64,000 nucleotides of DNA from an uncultured Pelagibacteraceae bacterium (GCA_902550805.1 CACDAL010000003.1:8929-72928), one strand, 5' to 3'. Positions 20,185-30,709 are shown, counted from the first letter of the stretch. A program made the numbers and translations. Notes: generated by a model not told the origin, from the letters alone.

Positions 20185-20805
20185 TTATAATTTTTGAATT
20201 AATGAAATACTATTGTTCGTTGGTTTATTTACTTCTTTTGATACTTCATAAAAACTAAGATTAGTTTTTTTACATTCTTGTAAGAAATTAGATCCAGATA
20301 ATTCTAAATTTAAGTATCTATTAACATCGCTTTCATTCAAAATTACCGGTTGTCTATGGTGAATAAAGTTAACTTTTTCACTTGCATTTTCTGTTATTAA
20401 GCAAAATTCATCATTTTCATATATACCAGCCATATACATATTTTTTTTATCTTCTCTTAAAAAATAGTGTGGTGTTTTATTTTTTTCCTCTCTTTTCCAC
20501 TCATAAAAACCATCAGCTACAGCGACACAACGATGTAGTTTAATTAATTTTTTAAAAGAAATTTTTTCATCTATAGTTTCTAATCTTGCGTTAATAAGAG
20601 GTTTAAAATCCTTCTTTTTTGACCAGCTTGGTATTATCCCCCATTTTAGATTTTCTAAAGTATTTCCGTTTTTATATTTTTTTATAACTGGAAGTTTCTG
20701 ATAAGGATGAGCATTATAATTTTCAGTGTCTTCAACCTGAATTGCAGATTTGACTAACTTATTCGTCTTTGTGACGGGGTAGGTAACTACATATCTTCCA
20801 CACAT
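20185..20805 (-). CDS. SOS response-associated peptidase (SRAP, YedK/HMCES family)
   Basis: N-terminal MCGRY, WG.IP.W, INAR.ET, DGFYEW, IHHRQP, VS.EVN. Confidence 0.92.
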   Translation of the reverse strand: MCGRYVVTYPVTKTNKLVKSAIQVEDTENYNAHPYQKLPVIKKYKNGNTLENLKWGIIPSWSKKKDFKPLINARLETIDEKISFKKLIKLHRCVAVADGFYEWKREEKNKTPHYFLREDKKNMYMAGIYENDEFCLITENASEKVNFIHHRQPVILNESDVNRYLNLELSGSNFLQECKKTNLSFYEVSKEVNKPTNNSISLIQKL

Positions 20806-20844
20806 AAATTAATTAGTTGTTGGCTATATTTTATTTTAGATTAT

Positions 20845-21315
20845 ATGTTTTTAATAATTATGAAATCAATAGAAAATAACTTTGATGATCCTCAAGTAAA
20901 TGAACTTTTAACAAAACATTTTGTTGAATTAAGATCAGTTTCACCTGAAGGTAGTACTCATGTTTTAGATATTCCGGGTTTAAAAGATCCAACTATAAGA
21001 TTTTGGAGTTTGTGGGATGAGGGAAAATTAGTTGGCTGTGGTGCAATAAAATTATTAGAAAAAGAACATGGTGAATTTAAATCTATTAGAGTTGCTGACA
21101 AGTATAGAAAAAATGGAATGGGTGAAAAAATAATTTCACACTTAATTGATCAAGCTAAACAGATTGGTATAAAAAAACTTAGTACTGAAACTGGTGCTGG
21201 TGACTTTTTTGGTCCAGCTAGAAAACTATTTAAAAAATTTGGTTTTAAAAGCTGTAAACCGTTTGCACATTATAAAGAAGATCCAAATTCTTGTTATTAT
21301 AATTTAGAATTGTAA
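20845..21315 (+). CDS. GNAT N-acetyltransferase, YedL/YsnE-like (alternative start at 20860)
   Basis: SPEGSTHVLD, FWSLW, GCGAIK, HGEFKSIR, LSTETG, PFAHYKEDPNS. Confidence 0.85.
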   Translation: MFLIIMKSIENNFDDPQVNELLTKHFVELRSVSPEGSTHVLDIPGLKDPTIRFWSLWDEGKLVGCGAIKLLEKEHGEFKSIRVADKYRKNGMGEKIISHLIDQAKQIGIKKLSTETGAGDFFGPARKLFKKFGFKSCKPFAHYKEDPNSCYYNLEL

Positions 21316-21327
21316 AATAAAATTTTT

Positions 21328-22941
21328 ATGAATAAAGTTTTAAAATTTATTGATGAAACATTATTTGATTTAGGTAGGCAATTTAAATGGTCCTACCTGC
21401 CACCTTTGCTGATTTATATGGCGGCTGGAATTTCAGGATTAACAGGAATAGTTGGTACTTTTTTTGTTAAAGATTATCTAAACTTGTCTGCCGCTTTTCT
21501 TGCAGGACTTGGTTTTTGGGCAGGAATCCCATGGGCATTAAAAATGCCATTAGGCCATTTGGTAGATTTAATTTGGAACAAAAAAAACTATATGGTTTTT
21601 GTTGGAGCAGGTTTAATTGCTCTCAGTCTATTAATCATGTATGGACTTATAATTCATACCGAATGGATGTCTTCAATTTTAAAGGTTGAAACTTGGTTTG
21701 TGATAAGTGTTTTGCTTGCACCGATTGGTTATGTTGTTCAAGATGTGGTGGCAGATGCAATGACAGTAGAAGCCGTTCCTTTAATTGATGAAAAAGGTAT
21801 TAAATTTTCAAAAGATGAAATCAAGTCAATGCATACTACAATGCAAACTCTTGGTAGATTTGCAATTATCGGTGGAATGGTCTTGGTAGCTTTAGCTAAT
21901 GTTATTTTGTTTAAAGGTGTTGATAATTTAGAACAGACTGAAAAAATAAGTTTATACGGTACTATCTATATATATGCATTGATAATACCAATTGTGTCAG
22001 TGTTCGGTATATTTCTTGCTTCATATATTAAAAAATCAAAAAGAAAAAAATTAATAGAACAAGGATTAACAGGTGATGAGGATTATATTCCTCAAGAAAA
22101 AACTAAAGTTAATTGGTGGATTTTAGGAGGAAGTTTAGTTTTTGTTATTTTCACTCTAAGCATTGGATCTTTTAAAGTTCCTTATGCGCAAGAAATTGTA
22201 TTTTTAGGTTCAATGATAATAATTTTATTTTTAATGAATAAATTAGTCAAAGAACTGCCTAAAGATTTAAGATCAACTGTAATTGGTACTGCAATTATAA
22301 TTTTTGTTTTTAGAGCGATGCCCGGTCCAGGACCAGGCCTTACTTGGTTTGAAATTGATGAGTTAAAATTTAATGAGCAATTTTTTTCTGTTTTATCTTT
22401 GTTAGCTTCAATTTTAACTCTTGCTGGAATTATATTACTTAGACCTTTTATGGCAAAAAATTCTATAGCTAAAATTATAGTTATTTTGTCTGTTGCCGGA
22501 GCCATATTATTTTTACCAAGCGTTGGTATGTATTATGGATTCCACAATTGGACATCTTCACTAACGAACGGAATAGTTGATGCTAAATTTATTGCAATTA
22601 TAAATACAGCACTTGAATCGCCTCTAGGACAAGTTTCGATGATACCTTTATTGGCTTGGATAGCAAAAAATGCTCCTTCACATTTAAAAGCTACTTTTTT
22701 TGCAGTATTTGCATCTTTTACAAATCTCGCTCTTTCAGCTAGCTCATTGGGAACTAAATATCTAAATGAAATTTTTACCATAACAAGAGCGGTAAAAGAC
22801 AAGGTTACTAACGCAATTTTAACTACAGCTGATTATTCTGAATTAGGTATACTATTAATAACTGTCACTATTCTTACTATGGTTATACCAATATTATTTG
22901 TAATGTTTATTCAAAAAACAAAGTTTAAAACTTCAGAGTAA
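21328..22941 (+). CDS. MFS transporter, folate/biopterin (BT1/FBT)-like
   Basis: About 12 TM segments; PWALK...G.LVD, DVVADAMTVE, AP....ATFFA..ASF.NL. Confidence 0.7.
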   Translation: MNKVLKFIDETLFDLGRQFKWSYLPPLLIYMAAGISGLTGIVGTFFVKDYLNLSAAFLAGLGFWAGIPWALKMPLGHLVDLIWNKKNYMVFVGAGLIALSLLIMYGLIIHTEWMSSILKVETWFVISVLLAPIGYVVQDVVADAMTVEAVPLIDEKGIKFSKDEIKSMHTTMQTLGRFAIIGGMVLVALANVILFKGVDNLEQTEKISLYGTIYIYALIIPIVSVFGIFLASYIKKSKRKKLIEQGLTGDEDYIPQEKTKVNWWILGGSLVFVIFTLSIGSFKVPYAQEIVFLGSMIIILFLMNKLVKELPKDLRSTVIGTAIIIFVFRAMPGPGPGLTWFEIDELKFNEQFFSVLSLLASILTLAGIILLRPFMAKNSIAKIIVILSVAGAILFLPSVGMYYGFHNWTSSLTNGIVDAKFIAIINTALESPLGQVSMIPLLAWIAKNAPSHLKATFFAVFASFTNLALSASSLGTKYLNEIFTITRAVKDKVTNAILTTADYSELGILLITVTILTMVIPILFVMFIQKTKFKTSE

Positions 22942-22952
22942 TTTTGTCTAAA

Positions 22953-23993
22953 TTAAATTTTAATTTTTTTACCTGATCTAGCACTTTTGGTAATAGCATC
23001 AAAAATTTTTAGAGAAATTAAGCCATCATTTCCATTTACTTTTGGTTTAACTTTTCTTTTAACAACATCGCAAAAATGATCTATTTGATTGGTTAAAGTA
23101 TTATTATCTAATTTTATTTTTTCCTCTTTGCTATAAATTTTTCTCCACCAACTTCTTTCTTTTTTATTATACCAAAATTTAAAATTTGGAAATTGCAAAG
23201 AACTTTTAGTTCCCCCAATAAAATATGCAGACTGATTAGTTAGTGGATATGTAGGATTTTCACCTGCTGTTAATTCATAACTCCAAGGGGAGACGATAGT
23301 GTCGGATATATTTAATGTACATAAAGCTCCAGAACGAAAAACTAAATTTACTATAGCGGTATCTTCAACATTAAATTTGCGAATTGAATTGGAAGTATAA
23401 GCCTGAACATATTTTACCGGTCCTAACAAGTAACAAATTAAATCAATGTCATGTACTAAATTAATTCCTAAAGGGCCTCCTCCTTTTTTAATTCTCCATT
23501 TTTCTTTGTAATAATCTTTATGTTTATATAACCAACATAGAACATTTACTGAAACAATTTTTCCTAATTTTCCAGAAAGAATTTTTATTTTAGCTTTTGA
23601 TATTATTGAATTATGTCTTCTATGATAACCAATTAGAACTGGCGTATTATTTTTTTTAGAACTATTAATTATTTGTTTAGCAGATTGAATATTGTCTGAA
23701 ATTGGTTTTTCTAAAAGTACAGGTATTTTAGATTTTAAAAACTTAATTGCTTGACTTTTATGAAGATAATTGGGTGTAGCTATTATCACAGCATCAGGTT
23801 TATTTTTTGTTGATATTTGTTTAATATTTTCAAATACAGGAACTTTAAATTTTCTAGATAATGATAATATTAATTTTTTATTAACATCAACAAGCGAGTG
23901 AAGGGATGCTTTTTTAGATTTATCTATAGCTTTAATGTGCTGTATGCCCATTAATCCAGTTCCAACAACTGCTATTTTAGTTTTTTTTGTCAC
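22953..23993 (-). CDS. Gfo/Idh/MocA oxidoreductase
   Basis: GTGLMG..H, ATPN..H, EKPI, GYHRRH, GGP..IN..HDID. Confidence 0.9.
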   Translation of the reverse strand: MTKKTKIAVVGTGLMGIQHIKAIDKSKKASLHSLVDVNKKLILSLSRKFKVPVFENIKQISTKNKPDAVIIATPNYLHKSQAIKFLKSKIPVLLEKPISDNIQSAKQIINSSKKNNTPVLIGYHRRHNSIISKAKIKILSGKLGKIVSVNVLCWLYKHKDYYKEKWRIKKGGGPLGINLVHDIDLICYLLGPVKYVQAYTSNSIRKFNVEDTAIVNLVFRSGALCTLNISDTIVSPWSYELTAGENPTYPLTNQSAYFIGGTKSSLQFPNFKFWYNKKERSWWRKIYSKEEKIKLDNNTLTNQIDHFCDVVKRKVKPKVNGNDGLISLKIFDAITKSARSGKKIKI

Positions 23994-24005
23994 TGGAGAT
24001 TAATA

Positions 24006-24767
24006 TTAAGTTATTCCAGCATCTACAATAAAATTTTGTTTTGTACATCCAGATGAGGCATCAGAGGACAAAAATAAAACTAGTTTGGCCACATCTTGAG
24101 GTTTTAATTGACGTTTTAAACACTGCTTATCTAATATAAATTTTTTATATTTTGGCGTTAGCCAATGTTTGATTTGTCTTTCTGTTGCAATTGATCCAGG
24201 TGTAACTGAATTGCATCTTATATTGTATTTTCCAAACTCTCTTGCAAATGATCTTGTCAAACCAATTACGGCTGATTTTGCTGTTTCGTAAGCAACTTTG
24301 TCACCTTCCCCTAGCATCCATGAAACGGAACTTAAATTTACTATAGATCCATTTTTATTTTTAATCATACCACCAAGAACTGATTTTATTGTAAAGAAAA
24401 AATGTTTTAGATTTACATCCATTCTATTATTCCAATATTTTTCATCTACTTGACTAGTAGTGTGCCTATCGTCATTTGCGGCATTATTAATTAAAATATC
24501 TATATTTCCATTCTTTGATATTATTTTTTTAATTATTTTTTGAAGTTTTTTTATATTTAAAAGATTGCATTCGATAAAGGTTGGAGCTTTCACATTTTTT
24601 TTTTTTAAATTACTCAATAATTTTTGAGATTCTTTTTTATTTATATCTACAAAAAAAACTTCTGAGCCTTGTTGACAAAAACTTTCAACAATTGATGCTC
24701 CTATTCCAGATCCTCCTCCAGTTATAAAAACTCTTTTATTTTCTAAATCATAATATTTTACTTTCAT
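24006..24767 (-). CDS. SDR sugar dehydrogenase (XylB xylose/galactose 1-dehydrogenase-like); start trimmed to ATG 24767
   Basis: TGGGSGIG, NNAANDDRH, YETAK, TERQ..HW. ATG lies just past the upstream gene's stop. Confidence 0.8.
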   Translation of the reverse strand: MKVKYYDLENKRVFITGGGSGIGASIVESFCQQGSEVFFVDINKKESQKLLSNLKKKNVKAPTFIECNLLNIKKLQKIIKKIISKNGNIDILINNAANDDRHTTSQVDEKYWNNRMDVNLKHFFFTIKSVLGGMIKNKNGSIVNLSSVSWMLGEGDKVAYETAKSAVIGLTRSFAREFGKYNIRCNSVTPGSIATERQIKHWLTPKYKKFILDKQCLKRQLKPQDVAKLVLFLSSDASSGCTKQNFIVDAGIT

Positions 24768-24768
24768 T

Positions 24769-25869
24769 TTATATTCTTTCCTTTGAAGTTTTGTCAAATA
24801 TTGAAATTTGACTTAAGTCAAAATATAACTTCATATCTTTGTTTAGCTCTATATTAATTGTTGATGGAAATTTCGCTAAAATCTCCTGGTTAGAAAAATT
24901 AAATGTTATAATTTGTTCGTGACCTATGTATTCACTTAAATTAGCTTTAAAATTAACTTCAAAATCATTTTCATTTAATTTTTTAAAATGAATATGTTCT
25001 GGTCGTATACCAAAATAAATTTGTTTATCATTTAAGTTTGTTGAACTTTTGAAATTATAATTATCAACTGGAATCTGAGTTGATTTTTCTGAACCTTCGG
25101 CAACAAATGAAATTTTATCTGAATTTTGTATTAATCTACCTTCTATCAAGTTCATTGATGGTGAGCCTATAAAATCTGCAACAAATGTATTGTTAGGTTT
25201 ATTATAAATATTCTCTGGTGTATCATTTTGTTGGATAACACCATGGTTCATTATAGCTATCTTAGTTCCAAGACTCATTGCTTCTGTTTGATCGTGTGTA
25301 ACATAGACTACAGTTGTTTTTAATGTTTGGTGTAATTTTTTGATTTCACGTCTCATCTCTACTCTTAGTTTTGCATCTAAGTTTGATAGAGGCTCATCGA
25401 ATAAAAATATCCTTGGCTCCCTAACTAAAGCTCTTCCTATAGCCACACGTTGTCTTTGTCCTCCTGATAATTGGGAAGGTTTTCGATGTAATAATTCATC
25501 AACTTTTAAAAATGAAGATACTTTTTTAAGTTGCTCTTCTATTTTTTCCTTTGATGTTTTGGCTTGTTTAAGGCCAAAAATCATATTTTCTCTTACATTC
25601 ATGGACGGATACAAAGCATAAGATTGAAAAACCATAGCAATATTCCTGTCTTTTGGCTCAACTTTGCTTACATTATAATCGTCAATATACACTTTACCTT
25701 CGTTGATGGTCTCTAATCCTGCTATTATGTTTAATAAAGTTGATTTTCCACATCCCGAAGGTCCCAAAAGAACTAGAAAATTTCCTTCGTCTATATCAAG
25801 GTTTATTTTTTTTAAAACTTCTGTGCTTCCAAAATTTTTTGATAAATTTTCAATTCTTAATGTTTTCAT
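24769..25869 (-). CDS. Sugar ABC transporter ATP-binding protein (MalK/UgpC-like)
   Basis: GPSGCGKS, MVFQSYALYP, LSGGQRQR, DEPLSNLD, YVTHDQ. Confidence 0.95.
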   Translation of the reverse strand: MKTLRIENLSKNFGSTEVLKKINLDIDEGNFLVLLGPSGCGKSTLLNIIAGLETINEGKVYIDDYNVSKVEPKDRNIAMVFQSYALYPSMNVRENMIFGLKQAKTSKEKIEEQLKKVSSFLKVDELLHRKPSQLSGGQRQRVAIGRALVREPRIFLFDEPLSNLDAKLRVEMRREIKKLHQTLKTTVVYVTHDQTEAMSLGTKIAIMNHGVIQQNDTPENIYNKPNNTFVADFIGSPSMNLIEGRLIQNSDKISFVAEGSEKSTQIPVDNYNFKSSTNLNDKQIYFGIRPEHIHFKKLNENDFEVNFKANLSEYIGHEQIITFNFSNQEILAKFPSTINIELNKDMKLYFDLSQISIFDKTSKERI

Positions 25870-25871
25870 AA

Positions 25872-26774
25872 TTATCCTTTCACTGCTCCTGATGTTAATC
25901 CTCTTATAAAATATTTTCCAGCTAAGACATAAACTATTAAAGTTGGTATACCTGCTATAATAGCTGATGCCATATCAACATTATATTCTTTTACACTAGT
26001 ACTTGATAAAACCATGTTGTTTAATGCTACTTGAATTGGTGCAGCTTCCCCAAATGAAAAAGTAGATCCAAATAAAAAGTCATTCCATATTTGAGTAAAT
26101 TGCCAAATTACAGTTACAACTATTATCGGCGCCGAAATAGGAAGTAATATTTTAAAAAATATTTTAAAAAATCCCGCTCCATCTATCCTTGCAGCTTTAA
26201 CTAACTCATTTGGTATTGAAACATAGTAATTTCTAAAAAATAAAGTTGTAAAAGGTATTCCATAAACAGAATGAACCACAACAAGACCTATTATAGAATT
26301 AGAAATACCTAAAACACCTAAAGTTCTAGCCATTGGAAGTAAAATTGCTTGATAAGGTATAAAACAACCAAATAGTAAAAATAGAAAAACCCATTTGTCT
26401 CCTTTAAAGCGCCATTTTGTTAATACATATCCTGACATTGCTCCAATAAAGGTTGAGAAAAATACTGCCGGGACAACCATTTTAATTGAATTCCAAAAAT
26501 ACGGTCTTAAAAAAGTATCTCCAGCACCATATCCTCTACCTCCCCATGCAACTCCCCATGATTCAAAATTTAATTGACTTGGCCAAGTAAGGAGGGTTCC
26601 TTGTCTTATTTCTTCCATTGTTTTAAGTGAAGTTACAATCATTACATATAATGGAAAAATAAAATAAGATGCAAAAAGTATTAAAACAAAATAAAGAAAC
26701 CATCTTAACATTAAGTTTGTTATTTTAGATTTTTGTTCAAGCTGTTTGTATGATGTGTTAATGTTAACTGACAT
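25872..26774 (-). CDS. Sugar ABC permease (CUT1)
   Basis: EAA loop ELVKAARIDGAG, WNDFLFG, GLTSGAVKG. Confidence 0.93.
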   Translation of the reverse strand: MSVNINTSYKQLEQKSKITNLMLRWFLYFVLILFASYFIFPLYVMIVTSLKTMEEIRQGTLLTWPSQLNFESWGVAWGGRGYGAGDTFLRPYFWNSIKMVVPAVFFSTFIGAMSGYVLTKWRFKGDKWVFLFLLFGCFIPYQAILLPMARTLGVLGISNSIIGLVVVHSVYGIPFTTLFFRNYYVSIPNELVKAARIDGAGFFKIFFKILLPISAPIIVVTVIWQFTQIWNDFLFGSTFSFGEAAPIQVALNNMVLSSTSVKEYNVDMASAIIAGIPTLIVYVLAGKYFIRGLTSGAVKG

Positions 26775-27639
26775 TTTCTCTCCTTAATTCAGAATATAAA
26801 TAAGGAATAATAACTGCAGCGACAGCCATAAACATCATCATTGCACTTGCTGCTGATAAACCAACCTGACTTTTGTGAAAGGCGGTTTGAGTCATATATA
26901 AGGCTGGCATGGTTGTTGAGATTCCAGGTCCTCCTTGCGTAAGAGCCACTATTAAATCGTAACTTTTAATCGATATATGAACCAATATTACAAAACTTGT
27001 AAAAAATACCGGTCTCATCATTGGAAGAAGTATTTTCCAATATACAGTAAATAAATTTGCACCATCTATTTTCGCAGCCTTAACAATTTCATCTTCGACA
27101 GATCTAAGACCTGCTAAAAATAAAGCCATTACAAAACCAGCCGACTGCCAGACACCAGCTATTACAATTGTATATATAGCCATTTCTCTATTAACTAGCC
27201 AATCAAAGGTAAAATTTTCAAAACCCCAGTCAACAAACAGCTTTTGTATGCCTAATGTTGGGTTCAATATCCATTTCCAAGCAGTTCCAGTAACAATAAA
27301 AGAAAGTGCCATTGGATATAAATAAATAGTTCGAAGAACTCCTTCTGCTCTAATTTTTTGATCAAGAAATATAGCCAGTATAATTCCTAAAATTATGCAG
27401 ATAATTAAAAAAAGAGCGGTAAAAATTAGTAAATTATCTACTGCAATTAACCATTTACGAGAGGCCCAAAGTTTAAAGTATTGACCAACTCCCCATAATT
27501 CATATTTGGGTAGAATTTTTGAATTTGTAAATGAAATATAACATGTCCAAAGAATAAAACCGTAGACAAACCAACTTATTAAACCAACAGCTGGTGCTAA
27601 AACAACTTTAGGTAAATTTTTTTCTAACCAGTTGAACAT
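26764..27639 (-). CDS. Sugar ABC permease (CUT1)
   Basis: IVKAAKIDGA, YPMALSFIVTG, TQGGPG. Confidence 0.93.
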   Translation of the reverse strand: MFNWLEKNLPKVVLAPAVGLISWFVYGFILWTCYISFTNSKILPKYELWGVGQYFKLWASRKWLIAVDNLLIFTALFLIICIILGIILAIFLDQKIRAEGVLRTIYLYPMALSFIVTGTAWKWILNPTLGIQKLFVDWGFENFTFDWLVNREMAIYTIVIAGVWQSAGFVMALFLAGLRSVEDEIVKAAKIDGANLFTVYWKILLPMMRPVFFTSFVILVHISIKSYDLIVALTQGGPGISTTMPALYMTQTAFHKSQVGLSAASAMMMFMAVAAVIIPYLYSELRRENVS

Positions 27640-27657
27640 TTTTTTGAATTCTAGATT

Positions 27658-27692
27658 AAAAAAAAGGCCACTTAAAAATTAAGTGGCCTTTT
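27658..27692 (-). terminator. Intrinsic-terminator-like hairpin between SBP and permease genes
   Basis: AAAAGGCCACTTAA-aaa-TTAAGTGGCCTTTT inverted repeat with a T-run on the minus strand. Confidence 0.85.
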
Positions 27693-27705
27693 AATTATAA
27701 TTATT

Positions 27706-28962
27706 TTACATATTTGATAACACTGAATCAGCTAAAGCATTAGCAGCATCTTTAGATGACATGCTTGAATTAAAGTGCTCAGTAATTACATCTTGTAGAG
27801 CAGCTTTCATTGTATTGCCTTGAGCCATACCGTGAGCAAAACTAGGAACTAAACCTCCTTTAGCTCCTGCAGTTTTAATATCAGAGTTAGATGTTTTTGC
27901 ACATGAATCAAATTCATCCATTGGCACATCTAAACGAGCAGGAATTGAACCTTTGTATAAGTTAAAAACTTTTTGGAAGTTTTTACCCATCATAAGTTTA
28001 GCTAATAATTTTTGACCTGCTTGTTTGTCTGGATCGCTAGATTTATAGAAAATAAAACTATCAACATTGTACAAGTAACCATTATTAGATGGTGTTGCTG
28101 CACAATAATAATCTACACCTGGTTTCTTACCAGCTGCTGTAAATTCTCCTTTAGCCCAGTCTCCCATAATTTGAAAACCAGCTTTACCTTCGATTACCAT
28201 TCCAGTAGCAACGTTCCAGTCTCTTCCTGGGCTACCTTCGTCAGTATAGCTTTGTAGTTTTCTCATTTGATCAAAAACCTTAACAGTAGTTTCGCTTCTT
28301 AAACAGTTTTCATCCAATTTTACATAACAGTTTTTGTAATAATTGTTTCCACCTATTCCCATAGCAACTGCTTCAAAAACTGTAGCATCTTGCCAAGCTT
28401 GTCCACCATGAGCAAATGGAATTATGCCTGCAGCTTTTAATTTTTCAGCTGCTGCATTTAATTCATCCCATGATGTAGGCACAGAAATACCATTAGCATC
28501 GAACACTGCCTTGTTAGCCCACATCCAATCAATTCTATGAATGTTTACAGGTGCCGCACAGTAAGGACCGCTATTGTTTTGACATTTATGAACTGCCGCA
28601 ATCATTGGGTCTAATAAATTATCCCAACCTTCAGATTGAGCTATTGCATCAATGTTGTAAGGAGCTACTACACCTTCTTGGTCATATTCTTGAATTGTAG
28701 GGCCTTTGATTTGCGAAGCAGAAGGAGGATCACCAGCAACTATTCTTGCTTTTAATGCAACGTTAGCAGCGTCACCACCACCTCCCGTTACAGGCATGTC
28801 TAACCATTCACCACCATTAGCAGCAAAATCGTCTTTTAAAACTTTAAGAGCAGCAGCTTCACCACCTGAAGTCCACCAGTGCAAAACCTCTATCTTTGGT
28901 CCTGCAAAAGAAGAAGTAGAAGTAAAAGCAAAAGCTATTAAAGCAATTAATATTTTCTTCAT
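27706..28962 (-). CDS. Sugar ABC substrate-binding protein (glucose-binding GtsA-like)
   Basis: Signal peptide, EVLHWWTSGGE, PVNIHR, HGGQAWQD, MGDWAKGE. ATG 28962 lies 8 nt from an AGGGA SD. Confidence 0.88.
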   Translation of the reverse strand: MKKILIALIAFAFTSTSSFAGPKIEVLHWWTSGGEAAALKVLKDDFAANGGEWLDMPVTGGGGDAANVALKARIVAGDPPSASQIKGPTIQEYDQEGVVAPYNIDAIAQSEGWDNLLDPMIAAVHKCQNNSGPYCAAPVNIHRIDWMWANKAVFDANGISVPTSWDELNAAAEKLKAAGIIPFAHGGQAWQDATVFEAVAMGIGGNNYYKNCYVKLDENCLRSETTVKVFDQMRKLQSYTDEGSPGRDWNVATGMVIEGKAGFQIMGDWAKGEFTAAGKKPGVDYYCAATPSNNGYLYNVDSFIFYKSSDPDKQAGQKLLAKLMMGKNFQKVFNLYKGSIPARLDVPMDEFDSCAKTSNSDIKTAGAKGGLVPSFAHGMAQGNTMKAALQDVITEHFNSSMSSKDAANALADSVLSNM

Positions 28963-29057
28963 ATACAATTTCCCTTTATTATTATTTTTAAGTTAACTTT
29001 AAAAAAAACAATTATAGATTGATTTCGATTGAAACCACAATAAAAAAATTTACAACT

Positions 29058-29957
29058 TTAGATTGATTGTCTTCCTAGACTGGCAGCACCTCTTACGCCA
29101 CTTGAATCGCCAAATTTATTTTTTAAAATTTCCGTATTAACAGTGTCACTAAAAACATACTTTTTTAATTTTGAATTAATGTTTCCATAAATTTGTTTCA
29201 TATTTGATACTCCACCACCTAAAACAATTGCTCCTGGATCAATAATATTTATAATTTGAGACAAGCCTCTAGCTAAATAGTCTAAATATTGAAAAACAAA
29301 TTCTAAAGATTTTTCATCTCCATTATTTGCATTTTCCTGAATTATTTTTGCATCTAAATTAACATTATATAAATCAAAATAATGTTTAGAAAAACCCGGT
29401 CCTGATAAGAATGTTTCTATGCAACCTTTTTTTCCACAATAACAATCATGCCTCTTCCATTTATCGTTAGACCCTACTGACATTTGATTATGTCCCCACT
29501 CGCCTGTAATATTATTAAATCCATTTATTACTTTTTTATTTATAACTAACCCTCCTCCAACGCCCGTTCCAATGATTACTCCAAAAACAATTTCATGGTT
29601 AGATCCAGCTCCATCAAAAGCTTCAGATAATGCAAAACAGTTAGCATCGTTTTGTAAAAAAATTTTTCTATTAAGTCTTAGTTCAATGTCTTTTTTAAGA
29701 GGTCTATCATTAAGCCAAGTTGAATTTCCACCTTTAATGCAATTGGTTTCATTGGATAAAGCTCCCGGAGAACCTACGCCAACACTACAATTTTTTTGAT
29801 ATTTTTTTTCTAAATAGAATACTAGTTCGCATACTGTATCTAGAGTACCATTATAATTTTTAGGAGTTTCTTTTCTTAATCTTTCAATCTCCTTTCCATT
29901 TTGATCTATAATTATGGATTCAGTTTTAGTTCCACCAAGATCAATTCCGATGTGCAT
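29058..29957 (-). CDS. ROK family sugar kinase (fructokinase/Mak-like)
   Basis: GIDLGGTK, NDANCFALSE, GTGVGGG, GEWGH, CYCGKKGCIE, GDSSGVRGAA; no HTH. Confidence 0.88.
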   Translation of the reverse strand: MHIGIDLGGTKTESIIIDQNGKEIERLRKETPKNYNGTLDTVCELVFYLEKKYQKNCSVGVGSPGALSNETNCIKGGNSTWLNDRPLKKDIELRLNRKIFLQNDANCFALSEAFDGAGSNHEIVFGVIIGTGVGGGLVINKKVINGFNNITGEWGHNQMSVGSNDKWKRHDCYCGKKGCIETFLSGPGFSKHYFDLYNVNLDAKIIQENANNGDEKSLEFVFQYLDYLARGLSQIINIIDPGAIVLGGGVSNMKQIYGNINSKLKKYVFSDTVNTEILKNKFGDSSGVRGAASLGRQSI

Positions 29958-29959
29958 GT

Positions 29960-30709
29960 TCAGTAAGTTGCTCTACCACCACTTAAATCAAATACCGCTG
30001 ATGTTGAAAATGAATTTTCTTCACTTGCTAGCCAAGCAACAAGAGATGCAAGCTCATTTACTTTAGCAAATTTATTTCTTGGAATTTTAGAAAGCATGTA
30101 ATTAATATGTTCTTCAGTCATTTGATCAAATATTCTTGTTTTTGCCGCTGCTGGCGTAACACAGTTTACGGCAATGTTTTTTAAAGCAAGTTCTTTCCCC
30201 AAAGATTTAGTTAATCCTATAACTCCTGCTTTTGAAGAGCTATATGCACTAGCATTAGGATTTCCTTCTTTTCCAGCAATTGATGCAATATTAACTATTC
30301 TTCCATAATTATTTTTAATCATAAAAGGTACAACAGCTTTACAACAATAAAACACTGCATTTAAGTTTAAATTTATAACTTTATTCCATTCTTCAATAGG
30401 GTATTCAGCAACTGTTGTATTCATACCGGCGACACCAGCATTATTTACAAAAATATCAATTTTTTTATGAGTTTTTTCAATCTCATTCAAATTTTTATTT
30501 ATGTCATCAATCTTACTAACATCTACTATTTGGTAGGTTAGGTTTTCTGAATTAATTTTTTCAACAGCTTTTTTTGATTCCGCTTCGTCTATATCCCAAA
30601 TAATAACTTTTGCACCAGATTGAATAAATCTCTCAGTTATAGCAAAACCAAAACCTTGAGCACCACCTGTGACTATTGCAACCCTGTTATTTAAATCAAA
30701 TTTTATCAT
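29960..30709 (-). CDS. SDR oxidoreductase (2-keto-3-deoxy sugar-acid dehydrogenase-like)
   Basis: TGGAQGFG, NNAG, ASIAGKEGNP, YSSSK, C-terminal FDLSGGRATY. Confidence 0.8.
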   Translation of the reverse strand: MIKFDLNNRVAIVTGGAQGFGFAITERFIQSGAKVIIWDIDEAESKKAVEKINSENLTYQIVDVSKIDDINKNLNEIEKTHKKIDIFVNNAGVAGMNTTVAEYPIEEWNKVINLNLNAVFYCCKAVVPFMIKNNYGRIVNIASIAGKEGNPNASAYSSSKAGVIGLTKSLGKELALKNIAVNCVTPAAAKTRIFDQMTEEHINYMLSKIPRNKFAKVNELASLVAWLASEENSFSTSAVFDLSGGRATY

